Source of the DNA: Candidatus Omnitrophota bacterium
Lineage (GTDB): Bacteria > Omnitrophota > Gorgyraeia > Zapsychrales > Fredricksoniimonadaceae
Length of the DNA: 64,000 nt
Reading direction: 5' to 3'
NCBI GenBank assembly: GCA_016201795.1
Contig: JACQCF010000010.1
Location: forward strand, 15,095 to 79,094
The notes beneath the pieces were generated by a model. The model made no database searches. It was not told the DNA's origin and saw nothing but the letters and a program-made list of their open reading frames with translations. Of the stretch, positions 29,613 through 37,539 are shown in pieces. Each line of letters begins with the position of its first letter. The stretch's first letter is position 1. The translations under genes and the position numbers were made by a program.

Positions 29613-30218
29613 TCAACCCTTCGACAAGATCAGCCTGGCAACTAGATCTTGTAAATCGACTTTAGCCTTCTCTAAAGAGCCGTTGATGATCACATGGTCG
29701 TAATCTTTGGCTTTCTTTAGTTCTTCTTTGGCGACTTCAAGCCTGATCTTTAAACTGTCGTGGTTTTCCGAAGCGCGTCGTTGAAGGCGTTTTTGCAGCT
29801 CTTTCATGGACGGAGGTTTAATGAAAATCTTGATGGCCTGCGGGAATTGTTGACTGGTCTCTGCGGCGCCTTTGACGTCAATGCATAACAGCACGTGCTT
29901 GCCCTTCTTCAAAAGATTCAAAACCTGACGCCCGGGAGTGCCGTAATAATGATCAAAGACCTTCTCCCATTCTAAAAAATACCCACGCATAATGCGCCTG
30001 GCAAAAGTTTTCTCGTCTAAGAAGAGGTAGTCGCGCCCGTCTTTTTCCCCCAGACGTCTGGCGCGGGTGGTCGCTGAAATGGATTTAACCAGCTTGCCTT
30101 TAAGCTTGGGCGACTCCAATAAGGCTTTATGCAACGTGGTTTTGCCGGAGCCCGAGGGGCCCGAGAGGATGACAATCCTGCCTGTCCTGTCTTTATTCAA
30201 TATTGTTGGCCTGCTCAC
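29613..30218 (-). CDS. gmk: Guanylate kinase
   Basis: 201 aa with P-loop GPSGSGKTT and a GMP-binding region. Confidence 0.92.
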   Translation of the reverse strand: MSRPTILNKDRTGRIVILSGPSGSGKTTLHKALLESPKLKGKLVKSISATTRARRLGEKDGRDYLFLDEKTFARRIMRGYFLEWEKVFDHYYGTPGRQVLNLLKKGKHVLLCIDVKGAAETSQQFPQAIKIFIKPPSMKELQKRLQRRASENHDSLKIRLEVAKEELKKAKDYDHVIINGSLEKAKVDLQDLVARLILSKG

Positions 30219-31014
30219 GGATTTTTTCCACCTTGGCTTTCAGGGCAATGACCGCCGCTGAGATTTCTTTGTCCTGAACCTTGGAGCCGATGGTATTGGT
30301 TTCTCTTTGCATTTCCTGGGCGATAAAATCCAGCTTTTTACCGGCCCCGTCGGAGGTTTTCAGCAAGGCCCTGACCTCCTCGATGTGGTGCGACAGGCGG
30401 CTCATTTCTTCATGGATGTCATTGTTTTTTTGATAACTTAAAAATTCATCGCCGGTTGTCTTTGTCTTTTTGTCTTTCAAAAGATGACGGGCGCGCGTTT
30501 TGATTTGTTTGATGCGTGCCTTCATGCGCCTAAGTTGAGTATGAATATCCGTCGCCAGAAAGCGGCCTTCTTTTTTGCGCATCGCCGCCACCGACGACAG
30601 AGCGTGCTCCAGGGCCTTTTGAAGTGGTGGCCACAACTCGTCGGCCTGCACAAAAGTTTCCTTGGACTCCACAACCCCCGGCATCTTAAGCAACTGTGCG
30701 CTCGACAAATCGTTTTTCAAATGCAGCTCTTTGGAAAGCGCTCTGGCAAAGTCCGCGTAACGTTTAACCGCAACCCTGTTAAGGCTGATGGTCATCTGTG
30801 GCTTGTCAGTGATGCGCACCGAAATCGTCACACGGCCGCGTTTGATTTGCCGTGCCATCAATTTCTGAATTTTATCTTCATACGAAGAAAAACCCGGCGG
30901 CAGATAATAGGACGCCTCCAGATAACGGTGATTCACTGATTTGATCTCAACGTTGCCTTTGATTTTTCCAAAGGTCAAATCGCAGGCGCCGAACCCTGTC
31001 ATGCCAGAAATCAT
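30193..31014 (-). CDS. yicC: YicC-family stress-induced protein
   Basis: 273 aa; MISGMTGFGACDLTFGKIKGNVEIKSVNHRYLE is a YicC N-domain. Conserved partner of gmk. Confidence 0.85.
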   Translation of the reverse strand: MISGMTGFGACDLTFGKIKGNVEIKSVNHRYLEASYYLPPGFSSYEDKIQKLMARQIKRGRVTISVRITDKPQMTISLNRVAVKRYADFARALSKELHLKNDLSSAQLLKMPGVVESKETFVQADELWPPLQKALEHALSSVAAMRKKEGRFLATDIHTQLRRMKARIKQIKTRARHLLKDKKTKTTGDEFLSYQKNNDIHEEMSRLSHHIEEVRALLKTSDGAGKKLDFIAQEMQRETNTIGSKVQDKEISAAVIALKAKVEKIREQANNIE

Positions 31015-31040
31015 ATATTCTCCTTTAACAATTCGCCTTT

Positions 31041-31304
31041 TTAAATACGATAGGCATCCTTGCGATGACGAACACGAGACACAATGATTTCTTTATCCGA
31101 AGTGTTGAGCTGATAAATAATCCTGTAGTCACCCGCCCTTAAACGATAGGTATGCTCCGTATCTCTTAACTTTTTACAATCAATAGGCACCGGATTTTCC
31201 GGCAGAGATTCAACTCTTTTAACGATTTTGGAAACCGTTGCGGACGGTAAACGGCGAAGATCTTTACGAACGGATTCTTTCCAGCAGAGCTTATATGGAC
31301 CCAT
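31041..31304 (-). CDS. relE: Type II toxin, RelE/ParE family
   Basis: 87 aa with the ...YRLRAGDYRIIYQLNTSDKEIIVSRVRHRKDAY RelE fold signature. Overlaps the antitoxin gene by 14 nt. Confidence 0.8.
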   Translation of the reverse strand: MGPYKLCWKESVRKDLRRLPSATVSKIVKRVESLPENPVPIDCKKLRDTEHTYRLRAGDYRIIYQLNTSDKEIIVSRVRHRKDAYRI

Positions 31305-31491
31305 CTTTTTTCAACTCCGCCAGAAAATCTTTATGTGTTACAGTTTTATCCTTGCGGCGTTCGGCAACCACGGCTAAATCTGCCAAATCTTCCAAGAGAT
31401 CCTCATACTCCCTATACGGCAGGATAACGGATTTGCGTTTCCCTTTACGATCAACAATAAAATCTTCGTGAATTTTCAACATACTTTTCAC
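31291..31491 (-). CDS. Type II antitoxin (RelB/Phd-type)
   Basis: 66 aa acidic small protein upstream of and overlapping relE. Confidence 0.65.
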   Translation of the reverse strand: MKSMLKIHEDFIVDRKGKRKSVILPYREYEDLLEDLADLAVVAERRKDKTVTHKDFLAELKKDGSI

Positions 31492-31540
31492 CTCTTAAAA
31501 TTAAGTATACCATCCCCCATATATAAAACAAACAAAGAAC

Positions 31541-31600
31541 TTTTATAACAGGCACCGAACCCTGTCATGCCGCTAATCATTTTTTCTCCTTTACTGCAAC
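31541..31600. repeat. Duplicated copy of the yicC 5' end and RBS (original at 30975-31036), flanking the relBE cassette
   Basis: ggcaccgaaccctgtcatgccgctaatcattttttctcctttac...acaattc is ~85% identical to ggcgccgaaccctgtcatgccagaaatcatatattctcctttaacaattc. It would encode MISGMTGFGAC. Confidence 0.7.
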
Positions 31601-32034
31601 AATTCACTTTTCCTAAACCACAAGGCGATTTCGCGGCGGGCCTCGTCGGTGGAGCTGGAGACATGCACGACGTTTTCGAACAAGCCCTTGGTCGTGATGC
31701 GCCCGTATTTGCCGCGCACGCTTTTGGGGCCAGCCTCCTCGGGGTTGGTGGCGCCGGCAATACGCCGGCATTTGGCAATGGCGCCGCGGCCTTCAAAAAC
31801 CATGGCCACCACCGGCAATCCGTCGTGGAATTTGCCAGTTAGATACTCGACAATTTGCCAGTAAAAAAATTTGTCCTTCAAAAGTGCGTAATGCGCCTTA
31901 GCCAGTTGATCCGAGGCCTTGACCAGCTTGAGTCCCGCCAGTTTCAAATCACTGGAAACAAATTGGCTGAAAACATCGCCGACGATCGCCTTCTGCAATC
32001 CTTCGGGTTTGATGAGTACCAGCACCTGTTCCAT
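31591..32034 (-). CDS. ndk: Nucleoside diphosphate kinase
   Basis: 147 aa; LIKPEG...active-site NVVHVSSS. Confidence 0.9.
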   Translation of the reverse strand: MEQVLVLIKPEGLQKAIVGDVFSQFVSSDLKLAGLKLVKASDQLAKAHYALLKDKFFYWQIVEYLTGKFHDGLPVVAMVFEGRGAIAKCRRIAGATNPEEAGPKSVRGKYGRITTKGLFENVVHVSSSTDEARREIALWFRKSELLQ

Positions 32035-32037
32035 AGG

Positions 32038-32937
32038 TTATTGTTTCCTTAAGATCCCTAAAATCCTATCCAAATCATTGAGGGAATAATACTCGACGAT
32101 GAGTTTGCCTCTGCCCTTTTTGTCCTCGATGGTAACTTTGGTCCCCAGAATCTTGCGCAGCTCATCCTCAAGATGGGCGATGTCAGGGTCTTTGGCCTTT
32201 TGTGTTTTGGTTTTTTTAGGCGCCTTACTGGAAGATTGTCTGACCAAGCCTTCGACGGATCGCACCGAGAGGCTCTGCTGAATAATTTGCTCGGCCATTT
32301 TTAGTTGCGCTTCTTCATTATCCAGCCCTAAAAGCGCCCGCGCATGGCCCATGGAAATTTTCTCCTGCACAATCTGCCGCTGAATTTTTGCAGGAAGTTT
32401 AAGAAGTCTTAGCGTATTGACCAGCGTGGTGCGGTCTTTGCCCACCGCCTGCGCGATCTGATCCTGATTGAGTTTAAACTCATTGACCAAACGTTCAAAA
32501 GCCTTGGCTTCGTCGATCACATTGAGGTCTTCGCGCTGAATGTTCTCGATCAAGGCCATCAGCAGCGTTTCTGCGTCGGAGACATTTTTGACAAACACCG
32601 GTACGGCCTCCAGGCCCAGCGCGCGGGCGGCCATCAGACGGCGCTGGCCGGCAACCACCTGAAAACCTGCGTTGGTCGTGCGCACCACGATCGGCTGCAG
32701 AATCCCTTTTTCCTTAATAGAAATCTTCAGCTCCTGCAGATCGGCGTCGTCATAATTCTGGCGCGGCTGATAAGGGTTGTTGGCTATAACCGATGTTGCC
32801 AGGTAAGAAATAAAATCCGCGGATTGGACCGGCTGGTCCTGTTTCGCCACTGCTTCAAACGGATTTTCACTACCTGTTGCATCTTTGACCTGCGAAAGTA
32901 AAGCGGAGAGTCCTTTGCCTAAAGCTTTTTTATCCAT
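32038..32937 (-). CDS. parB: Chromosome partitioning protein ParB (Spo0J)
   Basis: 299 aa with the ParB box (VVAGQRRLMAARALGL) and an HTH. Confidence 0.92.
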   Translation of the reverse strand: MDKKALGKGLSALLSQVKDATGSENPFEAVAKQDQPVQSADFISYLATSVIANNPYQPRQNYDDADLQELKISIKEKGILQPIVVRTTNAGFQVVAGQRRLMAARALGLEAVPVFVKNVSDAETLLMALIENIQREDLNVIDEAKAFERLVNEFKLNQDQIAQAVGKDRTTLVNTLRLLKLPAKIQRQIVQEKISMGHARALLGLDNEEAQLKMAEQIIQQSLSVRSVEGLVRQSSSKAPKKTKTQKAKDPDIAHLEDELRKILGTKVTIEDKKGRGKLIVEYYSLNDLDRILGILRKQ

Positions 32938-33089
32938 GGAAGTCTCCTAATAGTTATTACTGCTTGACAAAATTACGTTACCTCACTAAAGTATTTTTGT
33001 TTTTCCTGTACCACCCTGTCTCCCCGACAGGTTTCTTCCATTATTTCCCCCATATATTGTTTCAACCTCATTTAAGCTAGGAGCCTGTT

Positions 33090-33299
33090 GTGAAAATTCT
33101 CTTTAACGAAGAAACCTGGGAATTCACCGCTAAAATTATTTCTGACCTGGGTAAAAACATTGTTAGTATCGGATTTGCCAGTTATTTTTTCAAAGACCTC
33201 CCCTTGCCATTTCGTGTGGGAATTGGTATACTTGGGGTGGCTGCTATCATATCGGGCATTGCTATGATTTCCAAAAAAGGAGATAAAAGATGGAAATGA
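33090..33299 (+). CDS. Hypothetical small two-TM membrane protein in AT-rich island
   Basis: 69 aa; FAVAGILGVAAIISGIAMIS. Two more tiny hydrophobic ORFs follow (33297-33392, 33449-33526). Low GC compared with its flanks. Confidence 0.3.
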   Translation: MKILFNEETWEFTAKIISDLGKNIVSIGFASYFFKDLPLPFRVGIGILGVAAIISGIAMISKKGDKRWK

Positions 33300-33576
33300 T
33301 AATAATAATATCCGTATTTCTGGCTGGTATTTTAATTTTGTTTTACTTAGACCATCGTCCACGCAAAACGGACCATCAGCCGCAAAAACATTAAAATTAC
33401 TTAATTGCATATTTTGAATTCTTGCGCGTCTGCCTACCAAGGAGGCAACTAATAGAATTGATAGTATCGGTCGCAGTTGTTTTTTCTGTCCTAATTGGTT
33501 GGGTGTTTTGGGATAGATATCATGGTCATCCATAAAAACACTAAATATTTTTAATGTGTTCATAACTTGTTTAATA

Positions 33577-34356
33577 TCAAGTATTTACAACTATTCCACT
33601 TACCTTTAACATCTCCTGCGCCAGCTCCTTGTACTTCACTGCTCCCACGGATGTAGGATCATACACATGAATCGGCTTACCGAAGCTGGGCGCCTCACTC
33701 AAACGCACATTGCGCGGGATAATGGTGCTGTACACCTTCTCTTTAAAGAACTCTTTAATTTCCTTGATTACTTCGTTGGTCAGGTTGGTACGGAAATCCG
33801 CCATGGTCAAAAGCACGCCTTCAATTTCAAGCATGGCATTGAGTCCGTCTTTGACTAAATGAATAGTGTTTAAAAGCCCGCCGACCCCCTCCAGGGCGTA
33901 GAACTCGCATTGAATAGGGATAAGAATCGTATCAGCGGCAACCAAGGTATTCAGGGTCAATAGCCCCAAGGACGGCGGCGAATCAATGAAAATAAAGTCA
34001 TACTGAGTCTTGATAGTATCAAGCGCTTTTTTCAAACGCGTTTCGCGCGATAAAACGCCAACCAGCTCAATCTCAGCTCCGGTCAAATTGATATTGCATG
34101 GCGCTAAACTTAAGTTAGGATAATTGGTAGGAATAAGAACTTCGCTGATACTGGATTTTTGAATGAGAACATCGTAAATCGAGGATTTGATTTCATTCTT
34201 ATTGACCCCGATCCCGCTGGTGGCATTACCCTGGGGATCCATATCAACTAGGAGCACTTTCTTGCCTGAATCTGACAAAGCTGCCGAAAGATTGACCGCA
34301 GTGGTGGTCTTTCCTGTGCCGCCTTTTTGATTGCATATAGCTATGGTTTTTGGCAT
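33577..34356 (-). CDS. parA: Chromosome partitioning ATPase ParA (Soj)
   Basis: 259 aa with the deviant Walker A KGGTGKTT. Confidence 0.93.
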   Translation of the reverse strand: MPKTIAICNQKGGTGKTTTAVNLSAALSDSGKKVLLVDMDPQGNATSGIGVNKNEIKSSIYDVLIQKSSISEVLIPTNYPNLSLAPCNINLTGAEIELVGVLSRETRLKKALDTIKTQYDFIFIDSPPSLGLLTLNTLVAADTILIPIQCEFYALEGVGGLLNTIHLVKDGLNAMLEIEGVLLTMADFRTNLTNEVIKEIKEFFKEKVYSTIIPRNVRLSEAPSFGKPIHVYDPTSVGAVKYKELAQEMLKVSGIVVNT

Positions 34357-34407
34357 ATCTCTATCTTACTACTTTGTTTCACGTGAAATCCGCCACCAAA
34401 AACTCTT

Positions 34408-34611
34408 TTACATCTTAACCACTACCCTGATCTTGGCCTGTTTGGAACCAACCATGCCAAAAAGCCCCCTCTTTTCCTCGCAAACGATCTTTATCTCCAT
34501 ATTTTCCCTGAGCAGACCAAGGGTTCTTTCGGCTTTACTAATCGCCTCTTCGACTGTATTGCCTTCAAATTCCGCTTCTGTATTGTTATGACTATTCAAA
34601 TGCACGTTCAA
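34408..34611 (-). CDS. Jag_N-domain-only protein (truncated KhpB/Jag homologue)
   Basis: 67 aa ...GNTVEEAISKAERTLGL...KRGLFGMVGSKQAKIRV matches the Jag N-terminal domain. KH and R3H domains are absent. Confidence 0.6.
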   Translation of the reverse strand: MNVHLNSHNNTEAEFEGNTVEEAISKAERTLGLLRENMEIKIVCEEKRGLFGMVGSKQAKIRVVVKM

Positions 34612-34617
34612 CCTCTC

Positions 34618-34827
34618 TTACACAAACACATATTCCGAAACGGCCTGAGGTTTCGGGACAGGGATACCATCTTCCGCTAATCCCTGCACATGTATCTTGA
34701 TTGCTTCATACATGTTTTTCTCGACTTGCTGTATAGTCTTCCCCGTTGCCACACAACCTGGTAAATCTGGAGAATATGCGGAATAGTTTTTCTTTGCATG
34801 TTCAATCACAATAAGAAAGCGGTGCAT
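34618..34827 (-). CDS. hicB: HicB-family antitoxin
   Basis: 69 aa UPF0150/HicB-like (YSAYSPDLPGCVATGKT), directly downstream of hicA. Confidence 0.7.
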   Translation of the reverse strand: MHRFLIVIEHAKKNYSAYSPDLPGCVATGKTIQQVEKNMYEAIKIHVQGLAEDGIPVPKPQAVSEYVFV

Positions 34828-35042
34828 TATTTTACCTCCTTTAATTTAGCTTGTTTCAAAATGCTATTAAGAGTTCCTGGTGCCAAATCATGTCCTAGAT
34901 TGCCGGCAATTGTTACTCGTCCGGGTTTATCCATATGTTTATATTGTCGGTGGCTTCCCTTGGTTTCTATCCAGTACCAACCATCTTTTTCTATGATTTT
35001 AATTATTTCCCGAATCTTCATAAAACTCACTGAAATTACCAA
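34827..35042 (-). CDS. hicA: HicA-family mRNA interferase toxin
   Basis: ...EKDGWYWIETKGSHRQYKHMDKPGRVTIAGNLGHDLAPGTLNSILKQA is the HicA signature. Confidence 0.75.
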   Translation of the reverse strand: MVISVSFMKIREIIKIIEKDGWYWIETKGSHRQYKHMDKPGRVTIAGNLGHDLAPGTLNSILKQAKLKEVK

Positions 35043-35057
35043 TGTTCCACGTGAAAT

Positions 35058-36659
35058 CTACTTTGCTTTAGCCATTTTCCACTGGGTCCAGGTAGACAAA
35101 GAATAAGAAACCGTAAAATATAAAGGCAAAGCACTGGCTATGTTATAGAAAATCCCGGCAATAAAAATCGGCATCATAAATTTCATCATCTTTTGCTGCA
35201 TGGCCTGAGTCTCGTCGGTGGTGACCATATTTTTGGAGGAAATTTTCTGTTGGAAAAACATTAAAATACCCACCATCACTGGTAATATATTAACCTCATT
35301 GCCTAAGAATGGCAAGCTAAAAGGTAAAATAAATAATCGGTCTGGCTGGGAGAGGTCTTTAATCCACAAAAACCCCTGCCCCTGAAAATAACAGGAGCGC
35401 CAAAAAACTTGATAAGCCGCATAAAAAACAGGCATTTGTAACAACAGCAACAAACACCCGCCTCCCAAAGGATTAACCCCTCCTTGTTTGTAAAGCTCTG
35501 CCATCTCTGTGTGCATCTTTTTTTGATCACCCTTATAACGCTCTTGGACAGCCTTGATTTTGGGTTGCAATTTTTGCATTTTGGCTTGTGTTTCCCGCAT
35601 GGAAAGCATGCCTTTGACAGTCAACGGATAAGTTACCCCATAAATTAAGGCGCCTACTACTATAATAGACAACCCCCAGTTGTTTAATAAGGCATGAACC
35701 AAGGGTAAAAGATAATAAATAGCTTTGGCTGGTATTTCAAATATCCACCAATTGCTAAAACTGACTATTTTTTCGTATTTTTGACCATACTTATTAAGCC
35801 ATCTGGTATCCTGAGGGCCTCCTACGATATCGAAATCATACGTAACTGTTTGGCCTGGTTGAAGTTGCTGCTCTTTTGTTTTGATATTAACATTCAGCTG
35901 GTTATCTCCAACCACTTCATTTTCATAGCCTTTGGTCTCAAATATTGGTTTTATAATGAAGGCATAATAACGATCCCGGAAACCTACCCAGCCAACGGAT
36001 CCGGTTGTGAGTCGATTGTTTTTGTTCGTAAACTTATACGCATTGCCTATGCGGAAAATTTTATTGTTTTCCAGAATGGAAATTTCATTTAGCATGGCAT
36101 TTCTGTCATTTTTAAAATCTGAATCAGAAGCATTAATAGCAATGGTTTTAAATTCAAAACTTTTCAGTATGGAAACGTCTTTCACATTAGAAATTTCTAT
36201 CCTTAATTTGATATTGTGAACATCGGCAATATCAAAATGTTTAACTATTCTCCATTCTGAGTCAGAATAAGTATAAACAGCGCTCTTGGCATCATGACTG
36301 GTTAAAACAAAGGGAGCTTGCTCAAACCCTTTGAGCGTGAGCATGTCTAATAATGGTAGCGTTTTCTCATCACCAGTTATATGAACATTGTGGAGTAATC
36401 CACCCATATTTGACAATTTTATACTCAAATGAGTGGTGTTAAATTCAGTTATTTCTGCTTTTATGTTTGGCTTAGTGGGTTTTTCTATTATAGCGGGGGA
36501 TAAGGATATCTCTTGGGACGATATTTCTTTATGTTCTTTATTTTGAAGTAGTTGTGTATTTTTAAGCATTTGTGCCTGTTTTGGTAGCACAAAAATGCTC
36601 TGGTAAACCGTTAAAACCAGCATGGATAAGGCAATGGCTAAAATAAAATTTCTGTCCAT
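35058..36659 (-). CDS. yidC: Membrane protein insertase YidC
   Basis: 533 aa with an N-terminal TM, a large periplasmic domain and the conserved C-terminal 5-TM core. Confidence 0.9.
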   Translation of the reverse strand: MDRNFILAIALSMLVLTVYQSIFVLPKQAQMLKNTQLLQNKEHKEISSQEISLSPAIIEKPTKPNIKAEITEFNTTHLSIKLSNMGGLLHNVHITGDEKTLPLLDMLTLKGFEQAPFVLTSHDAKSAVYTYSDSEWRIVKHFDIADVHNIKLRIEISNVKDVSILKSFEFKTIAINASDSDFKNDRNAMLNEISILENNKIFRIGNAYKFTNKNNRLTTGSVGWVGFRDRYYAFIIKPIFETKGYENEVVGDNQLNVNIKTKEQQLQPGQTVTYDFDIVGGPQDTRWLNKYGQKYEKIVSFSNWWIFEIPAKAIYYLLPLVHALLNNWGLSIIVVGALIYGVTYPLTVKGMLSMRETQAKMQKLQPKIKAVQERYKGDQKKMHTEMAELYKQGGVNPLGGGCLLLLLQMPVFYAAYQVFWRSCYFQGQGFLWIKDLSQPDRLFILPFSLPFLGNEVNILPVMVGILMFFQQKISSKNMVTTDETQAMQQKMMKFMMPIFIAGIFYNIASALPLYFTVSYSLSTWTQWKMAKAK

Positions 36660-36660
36660 A

Positions 36661-36870
36661 TCAAATCACCGGATCGTAGCCGCCTTTCGATAGGGGAGAG
36701 CAGCGCGCTATACGCCACGCCCCAAAGAGGACGCCTTTGATAACCCCGTGTTTATCGATCGCCTGGGCGGTATAATGCGAGCAGGAGGGATAAAAGCGGC
36801 AGGTATCCGCCGCCAATAGCCGGCTAATTTTTTGGTAGGCTTTAAGGACAGCTAAAAAAAGTCTGGTCAT
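36661..36870 (-). CDS. yidD: Membrane protein insertion efficiency factor YidD
   Basis: 69 aa ...CRFYPSCSHYTAQAIDKHG...RIARCSPLSKGGYDPV. Confidence 0.9.
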   Translation of the reverse strand: MTRLFLAVLKAYQKISRLLAADTCRFYPSCSHYTAQAIDKHGVIKGVLFGAWRIARCSPLSKGGYDPVI

Positions 36871-36882
36871 GGGAAAAATGTT

Positions 36883-37020
36883 TTAAGGAATTAGCTGATG
36901 GCGGCCTTTGGCCCGACGACGGGCCAAAACCTTGCGGCCGTCGCTGGTGGCCATGCGTTTTCTAAATCCGTGTTTCCTGATCCCGACAATGTTGGTCGGC
37001 GTTTTCAAATGCTTTTTCAT
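36883..37020 (-). CDS. rpmH: 50S ribosomal protein L34
   Basis: Not in the ORF track because it is under 60 aa. Minus-strand translation from the ATG at 37020 gives [45 protein letters not shown]. Confidence 0.85.
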   Translation of the reverse strand: MKKHLKTPTNIVGIRKHGFRKRMATSDGRKVLARRRAKGRHQLIP

Positions 37021-37439
37021 ATTGGCGCAAATTATAACACAGGCTTCTGCTACGTCAAGTTTTTTAGATTTGAGTTGACGCTATTGGCCATGTCTTCTAC
37101 TGTGAAACGGCGGGTCCTGTCTTCGGGCATCCCCATCGTCCTCGTTCCTGCGGGCGATGGCCCCGCCTTGGCGGGGCTCAGCCACCCGCCTGCATTCATG
37201 GGAGAGGGGATAGGTCGTTAGGACATTATTTGTGAAACGATCAGGGATTTTTTGCCAAAGGTTGGTGAGGAATTACAGCGAGCCTGTCCATAAACAAGTG
37301 CTTCTATAAGACAGACGAGCTGTAAACCGAAACCAACGGCAAAAATATCCCGTTGAGCAAATAATGCCCTAACACCCTCAATAAAGACAAAGCCTATTTG
37401 ATGAACGCAGGTTAGGTTTGTACTAAATTCCGTCGAGAA

Positions 37440-37520
37440 AAAAATCGTTGCAATGACCTTGGGCTTTGTTATAATGACCAGCTACTAAAGGTGTATTTAT
37501 CCACAATTGTGAATAAACTG
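37440..37520. promoter_or_regulatory. dnaA promoter region with DnaA boxes (oriC-proximal)
   Basis: TTGCAA (37448-37453), a 16-nt spacer, then TATAAT (37470-37475). A perfect DnaA box TTATCCACA sits at 37497-37505 and an inverted near-box TGTGAATAA at 37510-37518. Confidence 0.6.
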
Positions 37521-37539
37521 TGTACTATTCTCGTCGAAA

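Noticed and set aside
31488-31796. 102-aa minus-strand ORF ending in MISGMTGFGAC
   Set aside because: It lies antisense to or overlapping ndk with Pro/Ala-rich low-complexity sequence. Its C-terminus is the duplicated yicC start fragment, not a real gene.
33072-33563. 163-aa minus-strand ORF in the parA-parB island
   Set aside because: Low-complexity with no start-site context. The plus-strand small membrane ORFs are at least as plausible, and the region may be non-coding.
34371-35070. Target-site duplication for the hicAB insertion (shared CACGTGAAATC 11-mer)
   Set aside because: Only 11 nt plus a short adjacent motif are shared, in permuted order. This is too weak to call a bona fide duplication, so it is only mentioned within the hicAB finding.
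36898-37221. 107-aa plus-strand ORF
   Set aside because: Antisense to rpmH (L34), which is clearly encoded on the minus strand. It also overlaps the repeat element.
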